Part shown: positions 1 through 9,223 of the stretch, one piece after another
Numbering within the stretch: position 1 is the first letter of the stretch
Layout: each line of letters opens with the position of its first letter
DNA from: Dehalococcoidia bacterium UBA6627
GTDB taxonomy: Bacteria; Chloroflexota; Dehalococcoidia; UBA2979
Assembly: GCA_002455955.1 (NCBI GenBank)
Contig: DKLZ01000016.1
Coordinates: 1,356-65,355 of the forward strand
DNA: 64,000 nucleotides
Direction: 5' to 3'
Translations under genes and position numbers: made by a program
Notes under the pieces: model-generated
What the model saw: only the letters and a program-made list of their open reading frames with translations
The model's database searches: none
Told to the model about the DNA's origin: nothing

Positions 1-100
1 CGCCGGCAGATTGACGAGCGGTCACTTCAGGTCTGTCGTCTTTTAACGGATAGCTATCCATGGGAGTGTCGTCTGTTGAATTGCTGCGTAGGATTGTTGC

Positions 101-655
101 GTGGATACTTTATTGCGAATCGGTGTGCTGACAGTTTCTGATCGAGCCAGTACGGGCGAGTATGAGGATCTGGGTGGTCCAGCAATAGTGGATTGGCTCA
201 GTATTGCGATTGCATCCCCTTGGGAAGCGGTGAACAGGCTCGTCCCTGATGATCAGAAGCAGATCGAGATGTCTCTTCGCGACCTTGTAGACAATGAGCA
301 TTGTCAGCTTGTGTTCACCACCGGTGGAACTGGGCCTGCACCTCGAGACGTAACTCCCGAGGCAACTCTTGCTGTATCCGATCGAATACTTCCTGGATTT
401 GGTGAGTTAATGAGGGCAGTTTCTCATCAGTATGTGCTCACCGCAGCGCTGTCTCGTCAACTAGGTACGATCAGAGGATCGTCCTTGCTGCTTAACCTCC
501 CTGGTAATCCAAAGGCGATAAGTCAAATACTTGAAGGGATTTTTGGCGCCATCCCGGATTGCGTCGCATTGATTGGTGGTCCTGAGATAGCGGTTACTGA
601 AAGTGTTACCGGAGGTACTAGCTCACCTGGTCCACTTCATCAGATAAACGAATGA
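101..655 (+). CDS. mogA: Molybdopterin adenylyltransferase MogA (molybdenum cofactor biosynthesis)
   Basis: 184-aa ORF with GTG start, colinear with E. coli MogA along its length. Motifs: 'LRIGVLTVSDRAS', 'TTGGTGPAPRDVTPEATLAV', 'PGFGELMR', 'LNLPGNPKA'. Confidence 0.85.
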   Translation: MDTLLRIGVLTVSDRASTGEYEDLGGPAIVDWLSIAIASPWEAVNRLVPDDQKQIEMSLRDLVDNEHCQLVFTTGGTGPAPRDVTPEATLAVSDRILPGFGELMRAVSHQYVLTAALSRQLGTIRGSSLLLNLPGNPKAISQILEGIFGAIPDCVALIGGPEIAVTESVTGGTSSPGPLHQINE

Positions 656-662
656 GAGCCTA

Positions 663-1130
663 GTGTTTGCAACACCTGTCGTTCGAGTAATCGACTGTCA
701 TGTTGCACGGCGAACTGAGAATGGCTGGGAGTACTTAGTGTTACTTCGTGCCGTCGATCATCTCGATTCAGGACATTGGCGTGTCGTGACAGGAAAGATA
801 GAGAGTAATGAGACGGCTTGGGGGGCTGCACTTCGGGAGCTGACGGAAGAGACTGGCTTCCGAAATGCTAGCCTTTTTGCGGTTCCATATGTGAATCAGT
901 TTTATGAGTGGCAGCACGATCGGATTAACGCGATCCCTGTTTTTGTGGCTGTTGTTGAACATGGTGCGAAGCCGACATTGAACGAAGAGCACATCGATTC
1001 TCGTTGGATTGATGTCGATCAAGCGGTCTCGATTCTGAGTTGGCCGGGCCAGCGAGAAGGGCTTCGAGCTGCCCATGCAATGCTCTCGGGTTACCATCCC
1101 GAAATCGATACTCTGGAAATAAGGAAGTAA
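663..1130 (+). CDS. Nudix hydrolase (intact Nudix box); possibly a dihydroneopterin-triphosphate pyrophosphatase, judging from its position next to folE2
   Basis: 155-aa ORF. 'GKIESNETAWGAALRELTEETGF' fits Gx5Ex7REUxEExGU exactly. It starts 8 nt after the mogA stop and lies 56 nt upstream of folE2. Confidence 0.8.
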   Translation: MFATPVVRVIDCHVARRTENGWEYLVLLRAVDHLDSGHWRVVTGKIESNETAWGAALRELTEETGFRNASLFAVPYVNQFYEWQHDRINAIPVFVAVVEHGAKPTLNEEHIDSRWIDVDQAVSILSWPGQREGLRAAHAMLSGYHPEIDTLEIRK

Positions 1131-1186
1131 CGTGGCAGCTCGTTGAGGACAAATAACGCAGTCATTTCTCAAGATGCGAGTCTAGG

Positions 1187-2113
1187 TTGTTGTTACCCTT
1201 TATTACAGCGGAGCATACTGCTCAGCTCCCAGACCAAGAGAAAAGAGTGAATGTGGTTATCGAACTAGCCGCAATTCCTGATGTGCAGTCACAGACGGAC
1301 GAGCGGAACTTGTCGATCGATCGAGTCGGAATCCGTGACATCCGGCAGCCGATTCGGATTGTCGATCGGGCTGGAATCGAACAGGCTACCGTCGGCACTT
1401 TCGGAATGTTTGTAAGGCTTGCACCAGAGGTGCGAGGCACTCATATGTCACGGTTCGTCGAGATCCTCGAGGAGCGCACTGATGCCTATTCACTGAGTTC
1501 GTTCCCGGAGCTTGTTCGTGAGGTCGCTTCCCGTCTCGAGTCTGAACATTGTGAAGTCGAGGTTCATTTTCCGTACTTTATGAGGAAAGTGGCACCAGTA
1601 TCAGGCGCGACGAGCACACTCGATTTCGATGTCAAATTTGCGGTTGTTTCAGATAACGACCGCCTGACTCAGCAGCTTCGTGTCCAAGTTCCGGTAACCA
1701 GTCTTTGTCCTTGTTCGAAGACGATCTCCAAGTACGGAGCACATAACCAGAGAAGTCACGTTATAGCGACCATCGAGTTTGACGGAGAGTTCTGGATTGA
1801 AGATCTGGTTGAGCTATTGGAGGACAAAGGATCATGTGAGGTGTATCCAGTCCTAAAGCGCCCTGATGAGAAGCGCGTGACCGAGGTAGCGTACGAGAAT
1901 CCGAAATTCGTAGAGGACATCGCACGTGACGTAGCGGTTGCGTTCAACAAGGATGATCGGATTGGTCAGTTCCACGTGAGTGTTGAGAACTTCGAGTCCA
2001 TTCATAATCACTCTGCCTTTGCGGAGATCACGGGTGATGGTTCGAAGATGGTTGAGGCACCAGCGTTGTCTTCGGATGGAATGGTCAGCAATGGAAAGAG
2101 TGCATCTGACTGA
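1187..2113 (+). CDS. folE2: GTP cyclohydrolase I type 2 (FolE2/MptA family)
   Basis: 308-aa ORF with FolE2 hallmarks: 'PDVQ', 'IDRVGIRDIRQPIRI', 'GTHMSRFVE', 'SLCPCSK', 'GAHNQRS'. Confidence 0.85.
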   Translation: MLLPFITAEHTAQLPDQEKRVNVVIELAAIPDVQSQTDERNLSIDRVGIRDIRQPIRIVDRAGIEQATVGTFGMFVRLAPEVRGTHMSRFVEILEERTDAYSLSSFPELVREVASRLESEHCEVEVHFPYFMRKVAPVSGATSTLDFDVKFAVVSDNDRLTQQLRVQVPVTSLCPCSKTISKYGAHNQRSHVIATIEFDGEFWIEDLVELLEDKGSCEVYPVLKRPDEKRVTEVAYENPKFVEDIARDVAVAFNKDDRIGQFHVSVENFESIHNHSAFAEITGDGSKMVEAPALSSDGMVSNGKSASD

Positions 2114-2213
2114 CGGCACAGCATCATGCGGGTCGTGTAAGTGTTTGCAAACCATTTGAGATCGTGTACATCTTCACGGGGAATACCCGAAACACTACGA
2201 GCGGAGATGTTCA

Positions 2214-3230
2214 ATGAAAGCAGCCGTCTACCGAGGTGCACAGCGTTTCGAGGTTACTGAAGTTCCGACACCAGAGCCTGGCGCTGGTGAAGTGCTAGTT
2301 CAAGTTCGCCAGTCAGCGATCTGTGGAACTGATGTGCACGCTTTTATGTATGACATCGCGCCACCGGGTTCTGTGATCGGCCACGAGATAGCTGGTGTCA
2401 TAGCTGAATTAGGCCCTGGTGTAGATCGGTTCTCGGTGGGAGAGCGTGTGGTCGCTGGTGGTGGTGATCACCCTGACGGTGCACCGAGATCGCCCCGCGC
2501 CAATCCTCGGTATAACTATCGCACTATGGGTTTTCAGGGAGGAGTTACTGGTGGCTACGCTGAGTATCAAATACTCCCCGAATGGCGCCCAACACGAATC
2601 CCTGACAACGTTCCCGATGAGGCCGCTGTACTTACGGAACCGTGTGCTGTTGCAGTTCATGCTGTTCGTCGCTCATCGGTAAAACTTGGTGACACGGTAG
2701 CGGTTCTCGGTGCTGGTCCAATAGGAATGCTTGTGACGCAGGCCGTTCGTGCAGCTGGTGCGACACGTGTTCTTGTTTCGGAACCTGCTCCTGGCCGAGC
2801 TGACGCGGTGATGGAGCTTGGTGCTGATGTGATTGTCAATCCTTTCGAGGAAGATGTAGTTAAACGTCTTGTGGAGTTGAGTGATGGTTTTGGTCCGGCG
2901 GTCGTGTTTGATTGCGCCGGATTCAATGACACCTTGAATCAAGCATTCGAAGCGACCCGACGAGCTGGTCAGGTCATGCTGGTTGCGGTGCCTTGGGAAC
3001 CGTTACCGATCGATCCTGTTGACTGGATGGCACGTGAAGTAGACTTTCGCACGAGTTTCGCCAGTGAACCTGAAGACTGGCGAATATCTCTCCAACTTTT
3101 GTCCTCCGGTCGAATTTCGGCATCGGCCCTGATGTCGGAAGCAAGTGTTATCAGCCTTGAGGAGATCCAGCAGGCATTTGAGGGATTGATGAAGCCTTCA
3201 TCACAACTTCAGATGGTCATCAATTTCTGA
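2214..3230 (+). CDS. Zn-dependent alcohol dehydrogenase, MDR superfamily
   Basis: 338 aa. Catalytic-Zn motifs 'CGTDVH' and 'GHEIAGVI', plus Rossmann 'VLGAGPIGML'. Substrate not inferable. Confidence 0.8.
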   Translation: MKAAVYRGAQRFEVTEVPTPEPGAGEVLVQVRQSAICGTDVHAFMYDIAPPGSVIGHEIAGVIAELGPGVDRFSVGERVVAGGGDHPDGAPRSPRANPRYNYRTMGFQGGVTGGYAEYQILPEWRPTRIPDNVPDEAAVLTEPCAVAVHAVRRSSVKLGDTVAVLGAGPIGMLVTQAVRAAGATRVLVSEPAPGRADAVMELGADVIVNPFEEDVVKRLVELSDGFGPAVVFDCAGFNDTLNQAFEATRRAGQVMLVAVPWEPLPIDPVDWMAREVDFRTSFASEPEDWRISLQLLSSGRISASALMSEASVISLEEIQQAFEGLMKPSSQLQMVINF

Positions 3231-3268
3231 ATTGGTCGAGTCAAGAAAGCTTCTATTTTCACTCGCGG

Positions 3269-4444
3269 TTATTTTACTTCGCTGACTAGCTCGCCGTTCA
3301 AGATGACGATACGCACATGTTGCAAGGATTTGAGATCTTGCGTCGGGTCACCTTCTACGATGAGTAGGTCGGCTCGCTGGCCAGGTTCGATTGTTCCTCG
3401 GTCTGGAAGGTCGAGAAGTTTTGCTGAAAGGCTTGTAGCTAGCTTCATCGTCTCCACTGGACTGAGTTCCGCTAAGTCACTTATTACGATGAGAGCCTGT
3501 GCCAAATTCTCATGAGGAGTATCCGGGATTCCACAATCAGTGCTCATCAGTACATCGCATCTGGCATCGAAGAACGACTTCATTAGTGTTTTACGCATAT
3601 GCCAGCGTGCTTCGTTGCGTTCTTTTGCGAATGCACCGTTGATCGTAGGTGATACGGCGATCCCGCTACGCGCGATTGCAAGTATCACTTCGTCATCTTT
3701 TACAGGACCATCGGGTGTTTGGAATGAACAGTGCTCGATCATGTCAACGTTGGCATCAACCACGGATTTAATGCCCTCGATGCCATGAGCGTGTGCCGTG
3801 ACCTTCAATTCGAGTCGGTGTGCTTCGGCGACGATCGCTCGCAGTTCCTCTACGGAGTATTGTGCAGCGAACACATTTGTTCCTGGTGTCATATTGCCAC
3901 CAGTCGCCATTACCTTGATCCAGTCAACACCGGCTTTTTTTCGTTCCCGAACTGCAAGTTGGACGCCTTCTAAGCCATCAGTTTCACCACCCAAGAACCA
4001 GCAGTGCCCACCTGTCGGGGTAATCGGGGCCCCTGCGACGAGCAGGTTCGGTCCAGATACAAGACGGGCACGAATCGCCTCACGTAATGCGACGGCCAAC
4101 TTCGTGGGAGCTCCAAGATCACGTACTGTGGTAATGCCAGAAACAAGCATTTGGTTTGCGGAGCCGGCCATTCTCAGCAGAAGCGTTTCATATGTTTCTG
4201 AATCGTAGACTTCACGCCAGTCCGTATGAGCGTTGAAGCATAGATGAGCGTGTGCCTCGATTAATCCAGGAATTATCGTGCAGCCACTTACATCCAGAAT
4301 CCGTGATTCTGGTGAGGCGGTCCCAGCGAGAGTGACACCAACATCTGAGATTGCCGTAAAGACGCTTCCTTCTCTAGAGGTGTCTGCGATCCCATCCCAC
4401 AGGCGACCGCCTCGCAGCTCCAAGGGTTGTAATATCGCTTTCAT
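3269..4444 (-). CDS. Metal-dependent amidohydrolase family protein
   Basis: 391 aa. N-terminal HxH metal ligands in 'PGLIEAHAHL'. Later 'VTAHAHG', 'IEHC' and 'STDCG' match the TIM-barrel amidohydrolase ligand order. Confidence 0.75.
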   Translation of the reverse strand: MKAILQPLELRGGRLWDGIADTSREGSVFTAISDVGVTLAGTASPESRILDVSGCTIIPGLIEAHAHLCFNAHTDWREVYDSETYETLLLRMAGSANQMLVSGITTVRDLGAPTKLAVALREAIRARLVSGPNLLVAGAPITPTGGHCWFLGGETDGLEGVQLAVRERKKAGVDWIKVMATGGNMTPGTNVFAAQYSVEELRAIVAEAHRLELKVTAHAHGIEGIKSVVDANVDMIEHCSFQTPDGPVKDDEVILAIARSGIAVSPTINGAFAKERNEARWHMRKTLMKSFFDARCDVLMSTDCGIPDTPHENLAQALIVISDLAELSPVETMKLATSLSAKLLDLPDRGTIEPGQRADLLIVEGDPTQDLKSLQHVRIVILNGELVSEVK

Positions 4445-4619
4445 CGTGGCGTTCCTGCCCTAGATAGTTCTTCTTCGAATGGCTGAGCGGATCTTTCCTA
4501 ATCTATGAACCACCTTATAAATATCTGACGTTCACCCTGTTTTGTTTCGGCATCAATCGCGAAGTCTGTTTCTGTTCCCGAGAATTTCACTGGAGGTCAT
4601 AGTCAAAATGCAATTGGTA

Positions 4620-6008
4620 CTACGAGATCTCTAACTCCGCTTCGAGTCCAACGATCGCTTGGCTTATGCCTTCGACGAGCGAGTCGACTTCTTCTCGGTT
4701 AATCACCAGTGGGGGAGCAAGCTGAATTGATGCACCAGCACGAGAGAGAATGCCTGCTTCGAGCAATAGTCGGGTTACACGTGAACCGAGCTCGTCTTCC
4801 TCAGTAAATTCCTCACCTGTGTCAGGGTTTCGTTTGAGTGTGATGGAGCGCATCAGGCCGATACCGCTCGTCTCGGCAACGATCTGGTGTTTCGACTTCA
4901 GTGCTTCGAGTTGTGTTCCTAGGTATTCACCGGTTGCGGAACTGTTTTCCGGTAACCGTTCACGCTCGAGAATATCGATATTTGCGAGGGCGACTGCGCA
5001 ACTTACCGGGTGAGCTCCCCACGTCGAACCTCCGACAAACGCATGCTTTTTTTCACCAACAAACGCTTCGGCAACCTTATCCGAAACGCCGACTGCCGCT
5101 ATTGGTGCATAACCAGAAGAGATTTGTTTTGCCATCGTTAGCAAGTCAGGTTCGATTCCAAAGTGCTCCGACGCGAACCACCGCCCCGTGCGTCCAAATC
5201 CGTTGATTACCTCGTCATGGATTAGCAGGATTCCGTGCTCCTCAGTCACTTTTCTCAAATGTTCCCAGTAAGCTTTCGATGGCACTCGGTTGCCGTTCGA
5301 GGTTGAGATTGGTTCCGCGATCAGCGCGGCGATTGTTTCAGGTCGTTCGAACTTAATTCGTTCCTCGATGTATTGCGCCCAGAACATGTCATCCAGCCCT
5401 GTTTTCTCGTTTGTTAACGAACCGAAGCCGTTTGTGTTAGGAACCTGTACGACCCCGGGCATTAGAGGTTCAAAAGGAGCACGATTAAGGCCATCTGAGC
5501 CGTTTAACGCCATCGCCCCAAGTGTTGTGCCGTGATAGGAACCAATCCGAGATATCACCTTGTAACGCTTCGTGTCGCCACGATTGTAGTGGTACTGCTT
5601 CGCCATTCGTACAGCTGTTTCGACCGCCTCGGAACCTGAGTTAATGAAGAAAAACTTGTTGACAGTGGAGGGTGTCAAGCTTGCGAGCTTCGCAGCTAAA
5701 TCAACCGCGGGTGGGGTAGCGTATGCGAATGGGTTCGCGAACGAGAGTTTGCTCATCTGCTCAGCAGCAATGTCTGCTAGTATCTGACGTCCGTGTCCGG
5801 CGGCTACCACCCACAAGCCGGACATTGCGTCGATATAACGTCTACCGTGGATGTCATCGAGGTAGATGCCGTCGCCTCGCTCGATCACGAGGAAGCCATC
5901 GTCCTTGATCAGGTCGTTGTACTGAGCAGTATGTAGCCAGAGGTGTTCTAACCCGCGCTCGATAAGGTTTTTAGTCGACGCAGATTCTTTCTTAACTGTA
6001 CTTGCCAT
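4620..6008 (-). CDS. Class-III (omega) PLP-dependent aminotransferase
   Basis: The ORF runs to 6047. ATG at 6008 is preferred because GGAGAG lies 8 nt upstream. Motifs: 'NSGSEAVE', 'LIHDEVINGFGRTG', PLP-Lys region 'LLTMAKQISSGYAP'. Confidence 0.85.
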   Translation of the reverse strand: MASTVKKESASTKNLIERGLEHLWLHTAQYNDLIKDDGFLVIERGDGIYLDDIHGRRYIDAMSGLWVVAAGHGRQILADIAAEQMSKLSFANPFAYATPPAVDLAAKLASLTPSTVNKFFFINSGSEAVETAVRMAKQYHYNRGDTKRYKVISRIGSYHGTTLGAMALNGSDGLNRAPFEPLMPGVVQVPNTNGFGSLTNEKTGLDDMFWAQYIEERIKFERPETIAALIAEPISTSNGNRVPSKAYWEHLRKVTEEHGILLIHDEVINGFGRTGRWFASEHFGIEPDLLTMAKQISSGYAPIAAVGVSDKVAEAFVGEKKHAFVGGSTWGAHPVSCAVALANIDILERERLPENSSATGEYLGTQLEALKSKHQIVAETSGIGLMRSITLKRNPDTGEEFTEEDELGSRVTRLLLEAGILSRAGASIQLAPPLVINREEVDSLVEGISQAIVGLEAELEIS

Positions 6009-6222
6009 CTCGAGGTCTCTCCGTCCGTCTTGTAGTAGCGATGCCACACCGAAGAAATGATGTCCAGAGTCTAAGTTTACGGAGAAAATTTACAGTTTCT
6101 CCCCGAGATATCTCAGGTACGGTCTTTTTCTATAAGAAGTGCTTTGTTATGCCGAAAGTGAAACGCTTCGAATAACCATCCTCAAGCACCTCTTATCCTT
6201 GCAAGATGGATACTACTGGTTA

Positions 6223-7215
6223 CTAAATAGCCTGTTCTGTTCCAACGTATGTTGGCACATTCTCTTCCTCAAATATCTTGTCGATTTCGTCACGAATTTC
6301 GTCCGTCAACCGCCAGTCGGCTGCGGCCACGTTCTCTTGCAACTCACGTTCATTCCGCATTCCAACCAATGCGACCGAAACTGCTGGGTTGTCGAGGACC
6401 CATGCGATTGCTAACTGCGGGAGTGATTTCTCGTATCTAGCCGCTATACCCTTCAGGCGTTCCCCAACGTTAAGTTCTTTCGTGAAGTGCTCGTCAGTAA
6501 ACAGTGGTAGGCCGAACGCTTTCCCACTACTCCGCCAATCCCAATCGACAAATGTTGTTTCCGATGTGAATGCGCCTGATAGTAGACCGAAGCCAAGAGA
6601 GCCGTACGCCATGAAACCGGTGTTCGACTCGAGGCAGTAGGGAAGTACTTCACTTTCCATTCGTCGGTCGAACATGTGGTAGCCGACTTGGTTGGCAGCG
6701 AGACGCCCGACCTCCTCGCACTCCTTCATCATGTCAACCGTGAAGTTTGAAACACCATAATGCCGGATTTTCCCATCGGCTTTCAATTTTTCGAGCGCCA
6801 GCATTGTCTCTTCAAACGGAGTTTCGTGATCAGGCCAATGAATCAGCATGAGGTCGATTACTTCGGTGTTCAGGCGCTTAAGGCATCCCTCGGTGTGTTC
6901 AATGATGTGGTCATGCTTCGAGTTGCGACCGACTACCTTTGGTTCGTCGTCGTATTCAAACCCCACTTTCGTTACAAGAGTGATGTCCTTGCGACGGTTG
7001 CCCAGGGCCTTCGCTAGGAGTTCTTCGGAGTGGTTCGGACCGTAAACTTCCGCAGTGTCGAAAAGAGTGATTCCGGCATCGATTGCTTGGTTCACTGCCT
7101 GAGCAGCTTCGTTGACATCAATCTCACCGTAGGTGGTAGTACTCATTTCCCAGGTTCCAAACCCCACGGTGGAACACACTAGGTCCGTGTCACCAATTTG
7201 CCTTTGTTCCATCAT
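6223..7215 (-). CDS. Aldo/keto reductase
   Basis: The ORF runs to 7245. The AKR-typical N-terminus 'MEQRQIGDTDLVCSTVGFGTW' begins at the ATG pair 7215/7212. Catalytic tetrad context: 'FDTAEVYG', 'TKVG', 'LIHWPD'. Confidence 0.8.
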   Translation of the reverse strand: MMEQRQIGDTDLVCSTVGFGTWEMSTTTYGEIDVNEAAQAVNQAIDAGITLFDTAEVYGPNHSEELLAKALGNRRKDITLVTKVGFEYDDEPKVVGRNSKHDHIIEHTEGCLKRLNTEVIDLMLIHWPDHETPFEETMLALEKLKADGKIRHYGVSNFTVDMMKECEEVGRLAANQVGYHMFDRRMESEVLPYCLESNTGFMAYGSLGFGLLSGAFTSETTFVDWDWRSSGKAFGLPLFTDEHFTKELNVGERLKGIAARYEKSLPQLAIAWVLDNPAVSVALVGMRNERELQENVAAADWRLTDEIRDEIDKIFEEENVPTYVGTEQAI

Positions 7216-7376
7216 TAATCCCTTTCGGCCCGTTACTGAATTCATGCTAACTATAACGTTTTGGATAGGCGTGCGAGCTGCTTCATCAAGCGTGATGAGT
7301 TCTCTCGTATTGAAGGTTGATTTGATAGCCAGCAGACGAGTGGACGGGCCATCAATTTCGTTGATTCATCGGACTC

Positions 7377-8432
7377 CTATGGCTCGATTGTGACCTTCAA
7401 TGCACCGCTACTTTTGTCGCCTGCGAGGGCGATTCCTTGTTCCACCTGGTCTAACGACACTCGATGTGTGATCAGTTGACCGAGAACGTCGCGATGTTCA
7501 TCGAGTAACTGCGTCGCAATTTCGTAGTCATGTTGCATTCCGATGTAACCGTAGAAGATTGTTCCTGCGACACGAAGCTGTCGCGACATAATCAACTGCG
7601 CAGGCATTGGGATGTCTGGGTCGAATACCCCTAGGATCAGTACACGTCCGCCGCGACGAGCGATCTGTCCGGCAAGTGCGGGTGTATGGGCTGTCCCCCC
7701 GACCGTTTCCATTACGAGATCTACTGGATGTGTCTCGGCCCAAGTTCTTAACTGAGCGGGACCATCGTCCTCAGAAGAAAAGATGTGCGTCGCGCCGAGC
7801 ATTCTTGCTGCATCGGCTTGATGTTTATATCGCGCAGTGATTGCAATCTCGGTTGCCCCTGCCCTAGCAGCATAGAAGGCTGACATCAGTCCAATGGGCC
7901 CCGCACCAAGAACGACGATCCGTTCGCCTCGTGTTGGCCGTGCCGCATCTAGTTGAGCAGCAACTCGATGGCCATGGATCGCGACCGCGAGTGGTTCGGC
8001 CAGCGCTGCAACTGCGAAGTCGAGGTCATCTGCGACCTTGAAGAGATTTTCTGCTGGTACGGTCAGCGTTTCGCCGAATCCCCCTGGTACTGCGAGGCCA
8101 TAAAGCTGTCCTTGTATTTGGCATAGTTCGATCCGCCCTCCGCGGCATTCTGGGCAAGTGCCGCAATGTTTGCGCGGTTCGAAGGCGACGTGGTCGTTTA
8201 TCGTTAGATTCTTAACACCTGCTCCAAGCTCAGCAACCTCACCCGCAATCTCGTGACCAAGAACTCGACTCGCTTGCCAATGAGAACGATCACGGTACGC
8301 ATGATGCAAGTCAGAACCACAGATCCCGCAAGCGCGCACGCGAAGCAGTACCTCTCCAGGGCCAGGTGGTTCGTCAGGGTAATCTTTGATCTCGAAATGC
8401 CCGGGTTCGTTTGCCGTCACGGCTCGTCTCAT
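7377..8432 (-). CDS. Zn-dependent alcohol/polyol dehydrogenase, MDR superfamily (threonine/sorbitol dehydrogenase-like)
   Basis: 351 aa. Motifs: 'CGICGSDLH', 'GHEIAGEV', structural-Zn Cys cluster 'CGTCPECRGGRIELC', Rossmann 'VLGAGPIGLM'. Confidence 0.8.
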   Translation of the reverse strand: MRRAVTANEPGHFEIKDYPDEPPGPGEVLLRVRACGICGSDLHHAYRDRSHWQASRVLGHEIAGEVAELGAGVKNLTINDHVAFEPRKHCGTCPECRGGRIELCQIQGQLYGLAVPGGFGETLTVPAENLFKVADDLDFAVAALAEPLAVAIHGHRVAAQLDAARPTRGERIVVLGAGPIGLMSAFYAARAGATEIAITARYKHQADAARMLGATHIFSSEDDGPAQLRTWAETHPVDLVMETVGGTAHTPALAGQIARRGGRVLILGVFDPDIPMPAQLIMSRQLRVAGTIFYGYIGMQHDYEIATQLLDEHRDVLGQLITHRVSLDQVEQGIALAGDKSSGALKVTIEP

Positions 8433-8703
8433 GTCAAACCTCCACTCTGCATAGTCAGACTCAAAACGTTAACTGTTTGCATGCGTTCGTTATCAAATGT
8501 GCGCTGTAGAGCGTGAGGGTAGTGTTGTGAAACTTGTACTTGCTCTCGGATACGGCTGATTTAGTCATGATTTAGATTAGTCCGAGGTCAAGTCTTATTC
8601 AGAAGAAGTGCACCAGAAATGATTGGGAATCAAGCATAATTCAGCTAGTGTCCTCAACACTAAATCCGTATCGTCTCCGCATGCTAGACGTTAAGGAGCG
8701 AAA

Positions 8704-9120
8704 ATGCTCGATCTTTTCGATAGTTACCCAGCGTTACGAGAGATGCAAAAAGTGCCGCTCTTTGCTGATCTCGGGTTCGAGTTCACGGCGGCCGGTGATG
8801 GTTGGTCCGAAGTTACGCTCAACGTTAGGCCACGAACTCACAATCTTTATGGGATTGTTCATGGTGGAGTCTGGTTGATCATTGCCGATTCAGCGATGGG
8901 TGGAGCTCTGGCCACCTTAGTTGGGCAAGAGACGAAAGTGATCACGGGACAATCAGACTTTCGCTGGATTCGTCCACTCCGTGGCGATACGTTGCGAGCG
9001 AGAGGCTCTGTACTTCATCGAGGTCGCACACTTAGTCACTGTCTAGTTGAACTCTACGATCAAACTGAAACGGTGGTTGGCCGAGGTACTGGGACCTACG
9101 TCCTTCTGGATCCTGAGTGA
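8704..9120 (+). CDS. PaaI/hotdog-fold acyl-CoA thioesterase
   Basis: 138 aa, with AAGGAG RBS before the ATG. 'NLYGIVHGGVWLIIADSAMGGA' is the PaaI-type catalytic region. Confidence 0.75.
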   Translation: MLDLFDSYPALREMQKVPLFADLGFEFTAAGDGWSEVTLNVRPRTHNLYGIVHGGVWLIIADSAMGGALATLVGQETKVITGQSDFRWIRPLRGDTLRARGSVLHRGRTLSHCLVELYDQTETVVGRGTGTYVLLDPE

Positions 9121-9223
9121 CGGGTCTGAGTGGCGGTGAGTGTTGAAAGTTCGTCGAGAATGCAGCTTAGCGGTATGGTCGATTCATCGGGGTCACCTGG
9201 CTAATTCTTATCGTTGATCCTGC

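Noticed and set aside
1-100. Possible 3' end of an upstream gene. Frame 2 reads 'AGRLTSGHFRSVVF*', ending at TAA 44-46, and is vaguely like a MoaC C-terminus.
   Set aside because: Only 14 codons are visible and the similarity is not convincing, so it cannot be supported.
6081-6114. Hairpin GGAGAAA-N8-TTTCTCC followed by the 10-bp palindrome GAGATATCTC, between the AKR and aminotransferase genes.
   Set aside because: It lies about 120 nt from the AKR stop and has no U-tract. It could be an operator or a chance palindrome, and there is no supporting context.
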